A model generated the notes under the pieces. The model saw only the letters and a program-made list of their open reading frames with translations, had not been told where the DNA came from and made no database searches. Source: Candidatus Hodarchaeum mangrovi (GTDB lineage Archaea; Asgardarchaeota; Heimdallarchaeia; Hodarchaeales; Hodarchaeaceae). From it: DNA of 64,000 bases. The position numbers were made by a program, and so were the translations under genes. The first letter of the stretch is position 1, and every line of letters starts with the position of its first letter. This document shows positions 9,838-19,335 of the stretch, piece after piece. The stretch is taken from contig JAEOUE010000108.1 in the NCBI GenBank assembly GCA_016839515.1, forward strand, positions 2,004 to 66,003, in the 5' to 3' direction.

Positions 9838-11703
9838 ATGGCTGTAAATTTATTATTACCCGAATTAGCTTTTCTAATACCTTTAATTCCTATTTGTGCT
9901 TCTTTTATCATTCTTTTCTTTGGTAAATTCGTAGATCGTGCAGCTCATGGGAATCTAATAGCTTTACTTTCTTTAGGGTCGAGTTTCATACTAACCCTTT
10001 TTGTCTCAGGTCAATATATCTTGAATTTATTACTAGGAAATCATCTAGAGCCATATGAGAAATTAATACCTTGGTTTTCAGTTGGTGAATTTAGTATAGA
10101 TCTTGGGATTTTACTTGATCCACTTTCTACTATTGTAAGTCTTATGGTTTCTTTAATTTCATTTCTTGTAATTGTGTACAGTCGTAGTTATATGTCTCAT
10201 GAAGGGTCCCCGCGATATTATGCTGAAATGAATATGTTTGCAGCAGCCATGTTAGGACTCTGTTTATCTCCAAATATGATACAATTATTCTTATTCTGGG
10301 AAGTTATGGGTGTATGTTCATATCTATTAATTGGCTATTTTTATACCAAGGCGTCAGTACCAGAAGGACAACCTCATCCTGCTTCGGCTGCGAAAAAAGC
10401 TTTTTTGACTACTAAGGTAGGAGATATTTTTTTATTCCTTGGAATTATATTATTATTCACTGAAACCCTTCATCTTCCATCCGAAGCAACCACCTTACTC
10501 GGTATTCATGGTCCAACCCTGAATTTCCTTGAACTAAGAGCCTTAATTGAGAGTGATTTATTACATATTGATCCAATGATTTTTGTTGTAATAGCTTTAC
10601 TGATTTTTGGGGGTGCAGTTGGAAAATCTGCTCAATTTCCTCTTCATGTTTGGTTACCAGATGCTATGGCTGGCCCGACTACGGTTAGTTGCTTAATACA
10701 TTCAGCTACAATGGTTAAAGCAGGGATTTTTCTTGTTGCAAGATCATATTTTATTTTTGAACATGCAAATATCTTAGGAGATGGGACTACTCTTCTCGTT
10801 TTAGCAGGTATTGGAGGAATTACTGCTATTCTTGCCGGTACAATTGCTTTAGTTCAGACTGATATTAAAGGGATCTTAGCCTACTCAACAATTAGTCAAT
10901 TAGGATATATGACGATTGGATTGGGGGTCGCAGGTATGCCTGCAGCTATTTTTCATGTACTTAATCATGGTATTTTTAAAGCACTATTGTTTTTATCTGC
11001 AGGATCTGTGATCCACGGAGCTGGAACTCAAGATATTCGGGAAATGGGAGGATTAAAGGAAAAAATGCCTCACACATGGAAAGTAATGCTGATAGGATCC
11101 CTTTCTTTGGCAGGGATAGGAAATGGGTTTTTTAGCAAAGATGCAATAATATTACATGCCCTACATCGGGCTCAACATTCAGGATTTGGGTCATTCCATG
11201 ATCAACTAATTCTAATAGTTTGGTTATTTTCTGTTATTACTGCATTTCTCACCGCATTTTATATTTTTAGAATGTGGTTTCTTGTATTTCCAGGGAAAAA
11301 CCGAAAATCCGAACATCATGTACATGAATCTGATAGATGGATGACTGGTCCCTTATGGACATTATCAGCTCTATCAGTAGTTCTGGCTCTTTATTTTCTT
11401 GTTGGACTATTTATACCTGATCTGTCTTTTGAGCATAAACTTGTTCATTGGCTAGAACCAGGTGTTCAGGCATTAGATTTTGATTGGATTGTCGGTTTAA
11501 CTTCAATTGTTCTCGCAATTCTTGGTATAAGTTTAGCTTATCTGATTTACTACCCGAGGGGTGAGACTTTCATCAGTTTTGCAAAAAATGAACCAGTTTT
11601 CAAGATTGAAGTTGAAAATCCAGACTTAATTGCAAAAGTTCAGCAATCAGTTCGAAAAGTAACATATGTTACAAAGAAATCTTTCTTTGGTCTGATGGTT
11701 TAA
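9838..11703 (+). CDS. nuoL: Complex I subunit L, antiporter-like core (TM1-15); terminated by an in-frame TAA that is followed by the rest of NuoL
   Basis: WEVMGVCSYLLIGY, GKSAQFPLHVWLPDAMAGPTTVSCLIHSATMVKAG. Ends ...KKSFFGLMV-TAA just before the conserved YFxDxxY element. Confidence 0.9.
   Translation: MAVNLLLPELAFLIPLIPICASFIILFFGKFVDRAAHGNLIALLSLGSSFILTLFVSGQYILNLLLGNHLEPYEKLIPWFSVGEFSIDLGILLDPLSTIVSLMVSLISFLVIVYSRSYMSHEGSPRYYAEMNMFAAAMLGLCLSPNMIQLFLFWEVMGVCSYLLIGYFYTKASVPEGQPHPASAAKKAFLTTKVGDIFLFLGIILLFTETLHLPSEATTLLGIHGPTLNFLELRALIESDLLHIDPMIFVVIALLIFGGAVGKSAQFPLHVWLPDAMAGPTTVSCLIHSATMVKAGIFLVARSYFIFEHANILGDGTTLLVLAGIGGITAILAGTIALVQTDIKGILAYSTISQLGYMTIGLGVAGMPAAIFHVLNHGIFKALLFLSAGSVIHGAGTQDIREMGGLKEKMPHTWKVMLIGSLSLAGIGNGFFSKDAIILHALHRAQHSGFGSFHDQLILIVWLFSVITAFLTAFYIFRMWFLVFPGKNRKSEHHVHESDRWMTGPLWTLSALSVVLALYFLVGLFIPDLSFEHKLVHWLEPGVQALDFDWIVGLTSIVLAILGISLAYLIYYPRGETFISFAKNEPVFKIEVENPDLIAKVQQSVRKVTYVTKKSFFGLMV
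11701..11703 (+). other. In-frame TAA separating the two nuoL reading frames (context GTT TAA AAA)
   Basis: 9838 and 11737 are both frame 1. Only this one stop lies between them. Confidence 0.9.
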
Positions 11704-11736
11704 AAAATTCTTGAAAAAGGATACTTTCTTGATGCT

Positions 11737-12132
11737 TTGTATCTAAAGATTGTTCATCTAATTTATACATACTACTGTGAGGCAATGAATTGGATCGAGA
11801 AGAATATTTTTGATCGAGCTGTACAGTTTATTGGGTTAATTGGATTTACAATTTGTGGAATTTCAAAATGGTGGGATGATGTTATTATCGATGGGATTGT
11901 ACGATTTACTGCTCATGCCTCTATTGCGTTGTGTGGATTAGCAAAAACTACTGATGAGAAAGTTATCGATCACGGAATTGTAAGAAACACAGCTAAATAT
12001 GTAATGCGAGCTGGAGTGCATCTAAGAAAAGTACAAACAGGCGTTATTGAAAATTATGCTCTCTATTCATTGGCTGGAGCAATAATCATATTATTAATTA
12101 TGATCATAATGGTAGGGGTGTTGCCCCTCTAA
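11737..12132 (+). CDS. nuoL: NuoL C-terminal fragment (lateral helix HL plus terminal TM16), same frame as nuoL
   Basis: Codons 11704-11760 read KILEKGYFLDALYLKIV. Then DDVIIDGIVRFTA, DEKVIDHGIVRNTA, LRKVQTGVIENYALYSLAGAIIILL, the pattern of the NuoL/Nqo12 C-terminus. No well-spaced SD before TTG 11737 or ATG 11785. Confidence 0.8.
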   Translation: MYLKIVHLIYTYYCEAMNWIEKNIFDRAVQFIGLIGFTICGISKWWDDVIIDGIVRFTAHASIALCGLAKTTDEKVIDHGIVRNTAKYVMRAGVHLRKVQTGVIENYALYSLAGAIIILLIMIIMVGVLPL

Positions 12133-12163
12133 AATAAATATATTTAAAGAAGGTTGAAGACAA

Positions 12164-13726
12164 ATGGTGGCACTATTAACATTTGGTGAAATTGAGATTG
12201 GAGTTCTATCTTTGATATTTCTGCTCCCAATCATTGCTTCATTTCCAACATGGCTTGTGGGACGAGTACACAATAATTTCTCAAAATACTTCGCCCTTAT
12301 AATCAGCGGGGTCGTTCTCGGACTTACAGTTCTAGCTTGGATGATGTTTGAGCAGCATTCTTGGTTACCTACAAGTTTACAGATAAGCGCAACGGAAAGA
12401 TCTGAACTTGCATTAGGAGGTTGGGTTCTCAAGGAAATAATTCCTTGGATTGAATCCATTGGTATGTCCTATGCATTGGGAACCGATGGCCTAAGTATGC
12501 CATTAATCCTATTGACTGGATTTATTTTCTTTGTTTCAGTTCTAGCTTCATTTAAAGAGATACACGAACGAGAGCCAGCTTATTATGCTATGCTAATGAT
12601 TCTTGAAACTGGTGTTATGGGGACATTTATTGCCCTGGATTGGGTTATCTTCTACGTTGCATGGGAACTAGTTTTAGTTCCAATGTTCTTCTTAATAGGC
12701 ATATGGGGTGGACCTAAAAGAGAATATGCTGCAATTTATTTCTTCATTTATACCCATGTTGCATCACTCGTATTATTGCTAGGTATTATAGGAATGTGGC
12801 TACAGTATGCATGGGATCCAGGTACTGCAAGTGGTACTTTCTCTTTTATTGAATTAAGTCAACACGGTTTTGATAGTACGCAACCGTTAATATTATTAGC
12901 ATTTTTAGCTCTGCTATTTGGATTTATTGTAAAGGTACCTTCAGTTCCTTTCCATACATGGCTTCCTTTAGCTCATGTTGAAGCCCCAACACCTGGTTCT
13001 ATGATTTTAGCTGGCTTATTGCTGAAAATGGGTGGTTATGGTTTATTAAGAACAAGTGGGTGGTTACTTCCTGAGATAGTTCCTCAATTTGCCCTACTAA
13101 TAGCTTTAATTGGATTAATTTCACTATTATATGGTTCTTGGGTTGCATTAAAGCAGATAGATATGAAGAGTTTGGTAGCTTATTCTTCTGTTGGGCATAT
13201 GGGTATCGTCCTTCTAGGTGTTGCAACTCAGACATCTGAGGGATTTGCCGGAGCAATGTTTATGCAAGTTGCACATGGTATTATTTCCCCATTAATGTTC
13301 TTTTTAGCAGGAACAATAGGTCATTCAACACATACCCGTAATATTCCTGAGTTGAAGGGTTTTGCTAAAAATATGCCTCTAGTTGCAGCTGTCTTAGTAT
13401 TTGGTTCTTTCGCTAGTGCTGGTCTACCTGGATTAGCTGGATTTTGGTCAGAATTATTAGTATTCGTTGCTTTATTTATGTGGGAACCCATTTTTGCTGT
13501 GATTGGAGTATTAGGGATAATATTTACTGCGGCATATTATCTTTGGATGCTTCAACGAACAGTTTTTGGAGAAACAAATCCTAAACTGGCACATTCGCAT
13601 GATGTGTCCTATTTTTCACAATATGCTGTCTTAGCTCTACTATGTTTCTTCATATTAGCCCTTGGAATTTTCCCAGCATTACTATTAGATGTCATGAAAA
13701 CCGCAACAATATTTTTTGGAGCTTGA
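12164..13726 (+). CDS. nuoM: Complex I subunit M (antiporter-like)
   Basis: VPFHTWLPLAHVEAPTPGSMILAGLLLKMGGYG and 14-TM architecture. Confidence 0.9.
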   Translation: MVALLTFGEIEIGVLSLIFLLPIIASFPTWLVGRVHNNFSKYFALIISGVVLGLTVLAWMMFEQHSWLPTSLQISATERSELALGGWVLKEIIPWIESIGMSYALGTDGLSMPLILLTGFIFFVSVLASFKEIHEREPAYYAMLMILETGVMGTFIALDWVIFYVAWELVLVPMFFLIGIWGGPKREYAAIYFFIYTHVASLVLLLGIIGMWLQYAWDPGTASGTFSFIELSQHGFDSTQPLILLAFLALLFGFIVKVPSVPFHTWLPLAHVEAPTPGSMILAGLLLKMGGYGLLRTSGWLLPEIVPQFALLIALIGLISLLYGSWVALKQIDMKSLVAYSSVGHMGIVLLGVATQTSEGFAGAMFMQVAHGIISPLMFFLAGTIGHSTHTRNIPELKGFAKNMPLVAAVLVFGSFASAGLPGLAGFWSELLVFVALFMWEPIFAVIGVLGIIFTAAYYLWMLQRTVFGETNPKLAHSHDVSYFSQYAVLALLCFFILALGIFPALLLDVMKTATIFFGA

Positions 13727-13755
13727 TTTTGAAAAATTAATTAGGTGGTTTAAAC

Positions 13756-15273
13756 ATGAGTAACTTCATTACTGTTTTATTTCCCTTTTTTGCATTAATG
13801 GGTACCATTTTGATATGTTTGCTATTAGAAGCTTTTAATATCGGTAAAAGGTTATATGGTCCTATTACATTAATAGGAGCTTTTATCGCTTTATTGACTA
13901 TTATCCTTGATACCTCTTCTGGAGTTATTCATGTTTTTGCTAATCCTAATGACATATTTGATGTGTCTGCTAGTCCAGGTTTGTTACTAATTGACGATTT
14001 TTATCGATTTTTTGCTATTGTGTTTTTACTTGTCTTAATACTTGTTACCCTTTCAAGTATTGATTTTATTAGCTCTGAAAGAAATACTGGGATTTATTAT
14101 TCACTGCTGATACTTTCAACTATTGGAATGATGGTCATTGCAGCAGCTAATGATCTGCTCATTATTTTTGTTGCATGGGAGCTAGGCAGCTTACCAGCGT
14201 ATTCATTGGCTGCATTTCAAAAATCTCGGGCCGAAACAAGTGAAAGTGCGCTAAAATTCTTCTTAATAGGTGCCATGTCTTCAGCTTTTATATTATTTGG
14301 CATTTCACTTGTTTACGGTATTTCTGCAGAAACAAATTTGCAATCCATCATCTTAGCGTTTTCTGATCTTTCATCTTATACACCATTACACATTGTGGCC
14401 TTAATGTTTTTATTTGTAGGATTTGGCTATAAGATGGCAGCTGTTCCTTTTCATGCTTGGGCTGTTGATGTTTATCAAGGAACACCTACAACAATTACCT
14501 CATTTCTGGCTGCTGGTTCTAAAGCAATGGGATTTGCCGCAGCTTTAAGATTAATAATATTTGCTTTTGGGGAAATAGAAGGTAGTTGGGGTGTAATCTT
14601 TGCTGTTCTTGCTGTTTTAACGATGACATTAGGTAATTTAGCTGCCTTGGTTCAAGAAAATATAAAGAGGATGTTAGCATATTCAAGTATTGCTCATGCA
14701 GGATATATGCTTATTGGTATGGCATCTATCAGTTCTTTTGATCGTGTTGCTTCTAATTTTGCAATTGCAGCTACTGAATTACATATTTTAACTCACGCAG
14801 TTATGAAATTGTTAGCATTCACAGCAGTTATTATTGTAGCTTTTTCATTAAAGAGTGAAAATATTTCTGATTATGCAGGTCTGAGAAAGAAACACCCATG
14901 GATTGCGTTTGGTTTAACAATATCCTTACTCAGTTTAATGGGAATTCCACCTTTAGCAGGGTTTATTTCTAAATTACTGTTATTTTTTGCTGCTATTTAT
15001 GCTAATATGGCATGGTTAGCGGTAATTGGAATAATTAACAGTGGAATTTCTATATTTTATTATTTACGAGTAATAAAACTAATGTTGATTGATAAACCGA
15101 TTGAGGAAGAAGAGGAAACTGCTGTAGTCTCTGTTGACCGATTTGTTCCATATTCAGTACCAATATCTTACCAAGTAGCACTTATGAGTGCAATCATCCT
15201 TATTATCCTAATAGGTTTACTTCCTGGGTTCTTTATTGATTATGCCTTATCAGCTGCTCAAAGTTTAATTTAA
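13756..15273 (+). CDS. nuoN: Complex I subunit N (antiporter-like)
   Basis: AAVPFHAWAVDVYQGTPTTITSFLAAGSKAMGF. Last gene of the operon. Confidence 0.9.
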   Translation: MSNFITVLFPFFALMGTILICLLLEAFNIGKRLYGPITLIGAFIALLTIILDTSSGVIHVFANPNDIFDVSASPGLLLIDDFYRFFAIVFLLVLILVTLSSIDFISSERNTGIYYSLLILSTIGMMVIAAANDLLIIFVAWELGSLPAYSLAAFQKSRAETSESALKFFLIGAMSSAFILFGISLVYGISAETNLQSIILAFSDLSSYTPLHIVALMFLFVGFGYKMAAVPFHAWAVDVYQGTPTTITSFLAAGSKAMGFAAALRLIIFAFGEIEGSWGVIFAVLAVLTMTLGNLAALVQENIKRMLAYSSIAHAGYMLIGMASISSFDRVASNFAIAATELHILTHAVMKLLAFTAVIIVAFSLKSENISDYAGLRKKHPWIAFGLTISLLSLMGIPPLAGFISKLLLFFAAIYANMAWLAVIGIINSGISIFYYLRVIKLMLIDKPIEEEEETAVVSVDRFVPYSVPISYQVALMSAIILIILIGLLPGFFIDYALSAAQSLI

Positions 15274-15298
15274 TCATGTTCCACGTTATTCTCATTTT

Positions 15299-16552
15299 GT
15301 GATTATCAATTCCATACAATATGAAGGTAATTTCATGGAGGTCGATGTTCTAATTGTTGGACTAGGTCCTGCAGGTGCTTCAGTACTTTATAATCTGTCT
15401 AAAGGATCTCATACTGATATTTCTGTATTAGCTATAGATCAGAGAGAAAATCCAGGATTTCCTGTTCAATGTGCTGAATTTATGCCTTCTCCTGACGAAA
15501 TGAATATTCTAATGCCTGATGTAAGTGATAGCAGAACAATTTTCCGTTTTGAAGACAAATACATAAGTCAAAATACAAATCAAATAACTTTTATTACTCC
15601 AAATGGAAAATGGATTTCTACACCCTTTGAAGGACATTCACTTAAACGAGGATTATGGAATAATGATTTAATTAAGAGTTCTACAAAAGAAAATATCGAA
15701 GTATGGAATTCTACATCAGCAATAAAAATGAAGGGTCAAAAAGTGACCCTCTCCTTTAAAAAAAATCAGCAAATTGATGTGAAAGCTAAGATTGTTGTCG
15801 GAGCTGACGGTGTAAATTCTCGAATTGCACAATGGAGTGGATTGAATGAAACTAGAACATCATATAATTTTGCAATTGTTAAGCAACATCACATGACTAA
15901 TATTTTGGACGAGTCATACGATCCAACAAATATATTAATGGTGTTTGGTGAAAAATACGCTCCTGGTGCCTATGGATGGGTAATTCCAAAGGGGAAGCAT
16001 ACAGCAAATGTAGGAACTGGTGTTCGGGTTCCTATGCTTAAAAAAGGTATGACCATCTCAAAAGCCCTAGATCAACTGCTTAATTCTCATCCTACCATCA
16101 GAAAAATGCTTGAAGGGGCAAAAATTTCCGAAACAATAGGCGGAGCTGTGCCTGTTGGATTACCTTTTAAAAAAACTGTAAATCCAGTTGTAAATAGTTT
16201 ATTAATAGGCGATGCTTGTTGTCAGGTGGTTTCTAGTGTTGGTGGAGGAATACCACCTTCAATTGTTGCAGGAAAACTTGCAGCAAGGTCAATAACTAAT
16301 CATATCTACAATGATGAACCATTGATTAATTATCATCGAAATTGGGAAACCCAAATGCTTTCAATGTTTAAAAAAGCCTTTTTCATAAGGAACTTTTTTG
16401 ATAGAATATCAGTTGGAAGAGATAGCAGAATCCAATGGTATATGAATCATTTAACTTCAAAAGATATTGACAATGTTGTCCACTGTCATATTCCATGGAA
16501 ATTATCATTAGCTTCTAGATTTGTTAGACCATTAAACCAAATTATAAAATAA
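15299..16552 (+). CDS. FAD-dependent oxidoreductase, geranylgeranyl-reductase family
   Basis: VLIVGLGPAGAS dinucleotide fold, PVQCAEFMP, GADGVNSRIAQ. Likely start is ATG near 15335 (MEVDVLIVG). Lies directly after nuoN on the same strand. Confidence 0.75.
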   Translation: MIINSIQYEGNFMEVDVLIVGLGPAGASVLYNLSKGSHTDISVLAIDQRENPGFPVQCAEFMPSPDEMNILMPDVSDSRTIFRFEDKYISQNTNQITFITPNGKWISTPFEGHSLKRGLWNNDLIKSSTKENIEVWNSTSAIKMKGQKVTLSFKKNQQIDVKAKIVVGADGVNSRIAQWSGLNETRTSYNFAIVKQHHMTNILDESYDPTNILMVFGEKYAPGAYGWVIPKGKHTANVGTGVRVPMLKKGMTISKALDQLLNSHPTIRKMLEGAKISETIGGAVPVGLPFKKTVNPVVNSLLIGDACCQVVSSVGGGIPPSIVAGKLAARSITNHIYNDEPLINYHRNWETQMLSMFKKAFFIRNFFDRISVGRDSRIQWYMNHLTSKDIDNVVHCHIPWKLSLASRFVRPLNQIIK

Positions 16553-16572
16553 ATCGAAATAATCCCTCTCAG

Positions 16573-16761
16573 TTAAATCCATCGACTATAAGCAGGCATA
16601 GTACAGCAGGTTGGAAGTGGTTTACTTGGACAATTCTCACCATTTACTAAACAAATAAGTGAAGGTATCCCATTCACCTCTCCTGGAACCATATCTTTGT
16701 TATGACATTGTGGAATTGGTCTTATTACATTTCCACAGGAACCACAACGGTAGGATGGCAT
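16573..16761 (-). CDS. Small cysteine-rich (putative metal-binding) protein
   Basis: 62 aa with 7 Cys: YRCGSCGNV..., QCH, ICL, NCP, TCC. Good AGGAG box 7 nt before the ATG. Confidence 0.6.
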   Translation of the reverse strand: MPSYRCGSCGNVIRPIPQCHNKDMVPGEVNGIPSLICLVNGENCPSKPLPTCCTMPAYSRWI

Positions 16762-16846
16762 GTTTACACTCCTCTGTTATATTTTTTATTTTTTAGATAT
16801 ATAATTGAATTGAAAGATTTCATGAAAAGTAGAGAACATCTATTTT

Positions 16847-18238
16847 TTATCTTTTCCATATAATACGGATTGAAACAAAAACAAGCCCTATTCCAGTAAA
16901 GAATACAAACAATCCGATTAGGAACAGCGAAAGTCTACTAGATTCTATTTTTATCTCCAAAAAAGCTTGTTCCACTTGCAATTTACCTTCTAATATCTCT
17001 GAGTTATTCCAATTCTCAATAATTCCAGCCAATACATAAGATCCTGCGGGTAGGACTTCATTCAGATAGGTTTCATTTTGATTTGTTAGATTTATTCCAA
17101 GTACATTCGAATAAAGAGTACCTAATAAACTATCATAACCTTCTTTAAATTTTAGTAAATTATCTGAAGTATTCAAAGGGTATTTTTCAAATAAACTTGA
17201 AACAGCGGTTGAAAAAATATTATAGTCAGAAGTTTGAGTGATTAGTAAAACCTGTTCAAAAGAATGATTTGAAGAACTTATCACTAAATGTCCATCTACA
17301 AAATATCGCGTATTGGGTTGTAAAAGATATTGAGTAGTTTCGAATGAAATTGCAATACTTGGAGCGAATTTATTATTTGAAATAAGAAATGATCCAGTTA
17401 CTGAATTCCTTTCTGTGGTTGAATTTCCAGTTAAAGGACCTATTACTACTCCTGAGATAATTAATATCAAAGCTAAAGATAAAGCAGTTCCATTAAAGGA
17501 GATTGAGGATATTTTTGATCTATAATAATTACAAAACTTCATTGAGCTTAGATTTTTAATTGTAGGAATCATCGGAATTGCTACAATTTTAATAAAAATC
17601 ACAAAGATAAGAAAATGGATAAAGAAATCCTCAATTATAAAAGGGACTGGAGCTGTCCCATAAATTGCTTCACGTTCTGAAGGGGTTAAATTAATGAAAA
17701 AAATGCTTAAACCTCTCATGTAAGAAATACTGTTAATGTTAAATCCAATACCAGCAAGAGAAACAGGAAGGAAAAACCAAGGTATCATTTTTAGTAAAAA
17801 AGTAAAATTAAATTGGTATAATTGATCTGATAGAGGATAAAAAATTGCAATAGGATAATCCAAGTCTAATAAAATATGTAGTAACCAAAGAGTACCGATA
17901 TAATATAGAGATTTCCCGATTAGAGCTATTTCAATTTCATATCCTTTAATTGTTATTCTTTGAGCAAAAACGGAGAATTTTGAAGAAAAAAAGTCTTTTG
18001 ATTTCACATTTCGATAGTAGATGTAAAAACCTAATATTGTAATTATTAATGGAGGGAAAAGGCTATGAAGCAATCCGCGATGAATACCTAAAAATATATC
18101 AAGATCAGGAGCTACCGAAAAAAGTAAAATAATCCAGAAAACTAATTTTCTCTTTTTAAAGATGATTTTTTCTGAATCAGGAATAATAAACCAAAGGAAA
18201 ATTCCTGCTAAACTAAGATGAGTTGGGAATAAAGTCAT
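16847..18238 (-). CDS. Membrane protein with N-terminal DUF457/YdjM-like metal-dependent hydrolase domain and a large C-terminal extracytoplasmic region
   Basis: N-terminus THLSLAG...APDLDIFLGIHRGLLHS matches the DUF457 His/Asp pattern. Multiple TM spans and a terminal TM anchor. Confidence 0.55.
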   Translation of the reverse strand: MTLFPTHLSLAGIFLWFIIPDSEKIIFKKRKLVFWIILLFSVAPDLDIFLGIHRGLLHSLFPPLIITILGFYIYYRNVKSKDFFSSKFSVFAQRITIKGYEIEIALIGKSLYYIGTLWLLHILLDLDYPIAIFYPLSDQLYQFNFTFLLKMIPWFFLPVSLAGIGFNINSISYMRGLSIFFINLTPSEREAIYGTAPVPFIIEDFFIHFLIFVIFIKIVAIPMIPTIKNLSSMKFCNYYRSKISSISFNGTALSLALILIISGVVIGPLTGNSTTERNSVTGSFLISNNKFAPSIAISFETTQYLLQPNTRYFVDGHLVISSSNHSFEQVLLITQTSDYNIFSTAVSSLFEKYPLNTSDNLLKFKEGYDSLLGTLYSNVLGINLTNQNETYLNEVLPAGSYVLAGIIENWNNSEILEGKLQVEQAFLEIKIESSRLSLFLIGLFVFFTGIGLVFVSIRIIWKR

Positions 18239-18247
18239 TTTCGATCA

Positions 18248-19093
18248 CTATGTTAAGTTGCTAACGAGAAGTGTGAGGATTGCAATAAAAATAGTTAAGA
18301 GGCCAAAGCCTATACAGAATTTATTATATTCAATGTTCTTAAGGCTTAAAAGGGTGTTCATTGTTACTAAACCAATCAGAGCACTAATGAAGATCGTCAA
18401 TATAACAAGAATATACGGAAAAGAAACAGTTCCAATAATTAGGTTTGATGAACTAAGGTAAAATCCACTTAGTAGGTATTCTAGTACAGTTGCTCCTAAA
18501 ACTGCTGGAACTGAAATGATAAAACTTGTTCGTAAGGCATCCCGTTGACCTAATCCTATGATAAGAAGAAATGTAAGTGTCATACCACTTCTGCTGATCC
18601 CAGGAAGGGCAGCTACCCCTTGGATCATACCAAGAATAAAAACTTCTTTATATGTGAGGGATGAAATTTCCCGGATTCCTTGTTCTGGTTGTTTAGACAA
18701 TATGAAACCTGTAAAAATTAACATTAATCCAATTATTATTGTAAAAAGTATATCAGTTGGAATTGGAAACAAATAACTTATATCTATCCAAAAATTTTTT
18801 AGAAGAATAACTAAAGGTATGGCTGTGATCGCTGTTCCAAATGTAACGAATAGTAATATACGGGTTATAGGTTCATTCTTATTTATTATTTGGTAAAATT
18901 CCTGTCTAAACTTCCATAAGACAGAGACCATTGTACCTAAGTGGAGAAATAAAGCTAAGGTTACCGCTTCCAGTTCTGGGATTTCATAAATATTGATAAA
19001 TATTAATGTAAGCTGCCCTTCAGACGATATTGGTAACCATTCAATTATCCCCTGAAGAATTGCCATCAGAATCGCTTGAATAAGATCTATCAT
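18248..19093 (-). CDS. uppP: Undecaprenyl-diphosphate phosphatase (BacA/UppP family)
   Basis: GIIEWLPISSEGQ and PGISRSGMT motifs. I place the start at ATG 19093 (MIDLIQAIL...); the ORF-track start at 19228 adds 45 non-homologous residues. Confidence 0.85.
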   Translation of the reverse strand: MIDLIQAILMAILQGIIEWLPISSEGQLTLIFINIYEIPELEAVTLALFLHLGTMVSVLWKFRQEFYQIINKNEPITRILLFVTFGTAITAIPLVILLKNFWIDISYLFPIPTDILFTIIIGLMLIFTGFILSKQPEQGIREISSLTYKEVFILGMIQGVAALPGISRSGMTLTFLLIIGLGQRDALRTSFIISVPAVLGATVLEYLLSGFYLSSSNLIIGTVSFPYILVILTIFISALIGLVTMNTLLSLKNIEYNKFCIGFGLLTIFIAILTLLVSNLT

Positions 19094-19335
19094 TTTCTTA
19101 AAACCCCTAAATACTAATTTCTTCAAGAATTTAACGATTTTTTGATTCGAATGGTTTCGAAAGACAATGACTATTTTTTTATAATTTGTGAAAATATTCC
19201 TTTTAGCATACCATACGAAACAATGCATTTTTTGATATATTGAGGGCTTAGAGCTGATATGTAGATTTTATTCACATAGCGTTAAATTTATATATAACAT
19301 ATGAATTTATTTTAAATAGGAAATAAATCATTAAG

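Noticed and set aside
12094-12459. 121-aa minus-strand ORF, and 12999-13256, 7452-7697, 7971-8201, 8719-8988, 9492-9761
   Set aside because: They are alternative-frame or antisense ORFs inside the well-supported nuoH/I/J/K/M genes.
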